Assembly (NCBI RefSeq): GCF_009914755.1
Contig: NC_060928.1
Direction: 5' to 3' (one strand)
DNA length: 64,000 nucleotides
Origin: the human T2T-CHM13v2.0 reference genome, Homo sapiens
The position numbers and the translations under genes were made by a program. The notes under the pieces are model-generated. The model saw nothing but the letters and a program-made list of their open reading frames with translations. It did not search any database and had not been told where the DNA came from. Positions 63,205 through 64,000 of the stretch are shown one piece after another (the stretch's first letter is position 1; each line of letters opens with the position of its first letter).

Positions 63205-63857
63205 CTACCTTGTTAACAATGAAATTGCCAACTAAGCATATAGGAGATCTCTTCTGATTATTTCAGCAATGAAGGCATTCCATGAAGCCTGGGTTTGTTC
63301 TCGGCACTTCATTTGAATGAAGATATGTTTAGTGTAAGAATTTCTGACTTTAAAATGTGAAATCTAAACTTTGAAGAGCTGATTTAGGAATTTTAAACTA
63401 TCTTTGTTCTTGCCTCTTGTAAGCTTCCCTATTAGAATGGATATTTTCAAATTCCCCTTCGAAGCACAACCTTACGCAGAACTTACTTTAATATTTACAT
63501 TTTTTTCATTTAATTCACGTTTTTGGCAAAGTGTCCAGATGTCTTGCTTTAAAAAAGAGAGGTCCTCAGCTCTTTCCATCTTAACCCCAGTGAACTAGAT
63601 ACAAATGGAATTTAACCAAGAAACAACTTATTTAAGCAGGTAATGAGATAATCAATACAAAGAAATTAATATTTGCTGTGTATAGAGTAGAAAATAAGGA
63701 CACACATGGATAATCCGTGAAGCTAATGAGAAATAATTCATTTGGAATTTGTATGTTTTCACATTTCAAAGGTGTGTTGTGGGATGATACTGGGTAGTCC
63801 ATAAAGGAGGGGAAAAATGGGGAAGAGGTTCTATAGTGAACACTAGGTTAAACTTTC

Positions 63858-63970
63858 TTTTTTTTTTTTTTTTTTTTTTTTTGAGACAGAGTCTTGCTCT
63901 GTTGCCCAGGCCACCTGCCTCTGCCTCCCAAAGTGCTGGGATTATAGGCGTGAGCCATCACGCCCAGCCA
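63858..63970 (-). mobile_element. Internally deleted Alu
   Basis: Only the two Alu ends remain, joined near 63910. Confidence 0.85.
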
Positions 63971-64000
63971 GGTCAAACATTTTTAAATAGGGTTCTTTAC

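Overview
Human (great-ape-type) genomic DNA, not microbial. The right end holds the CpG-island promoter and first three coding exons of TMEM33 (+ strand, running off the window); its third intron opens with a U12 (minor spliceosome) donor. From recalled gene order this is the 4p13 interval next to PHOX2B, and the large CpG island at ~2-7 kb is probably the LINC00682 locus. That island carries AT-rich, homeodomain-motif-dense blocks, and two same-orientation CTCF motifs lie at 6.76 and 12.1 kb. The middle ~50 kb is transposon-derived: about 25 Alus, MaLR/ERV LTRs and DNA-transposon fossils. It includes a four-element nest (AluJ > full-length L1PA7-like > L1PA3-like + AluS), a three-layer nest (MER1 > THE1 > LTR22), a TSPAN17 processed-pseudogene fragment and several templated-insertion/fold-back scars. 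I found no evidence of a wholly new gene system. Repeat subfamily names are from memory of consensus sequences, and repeat boundaries are approximate unless TSDs are quoted.
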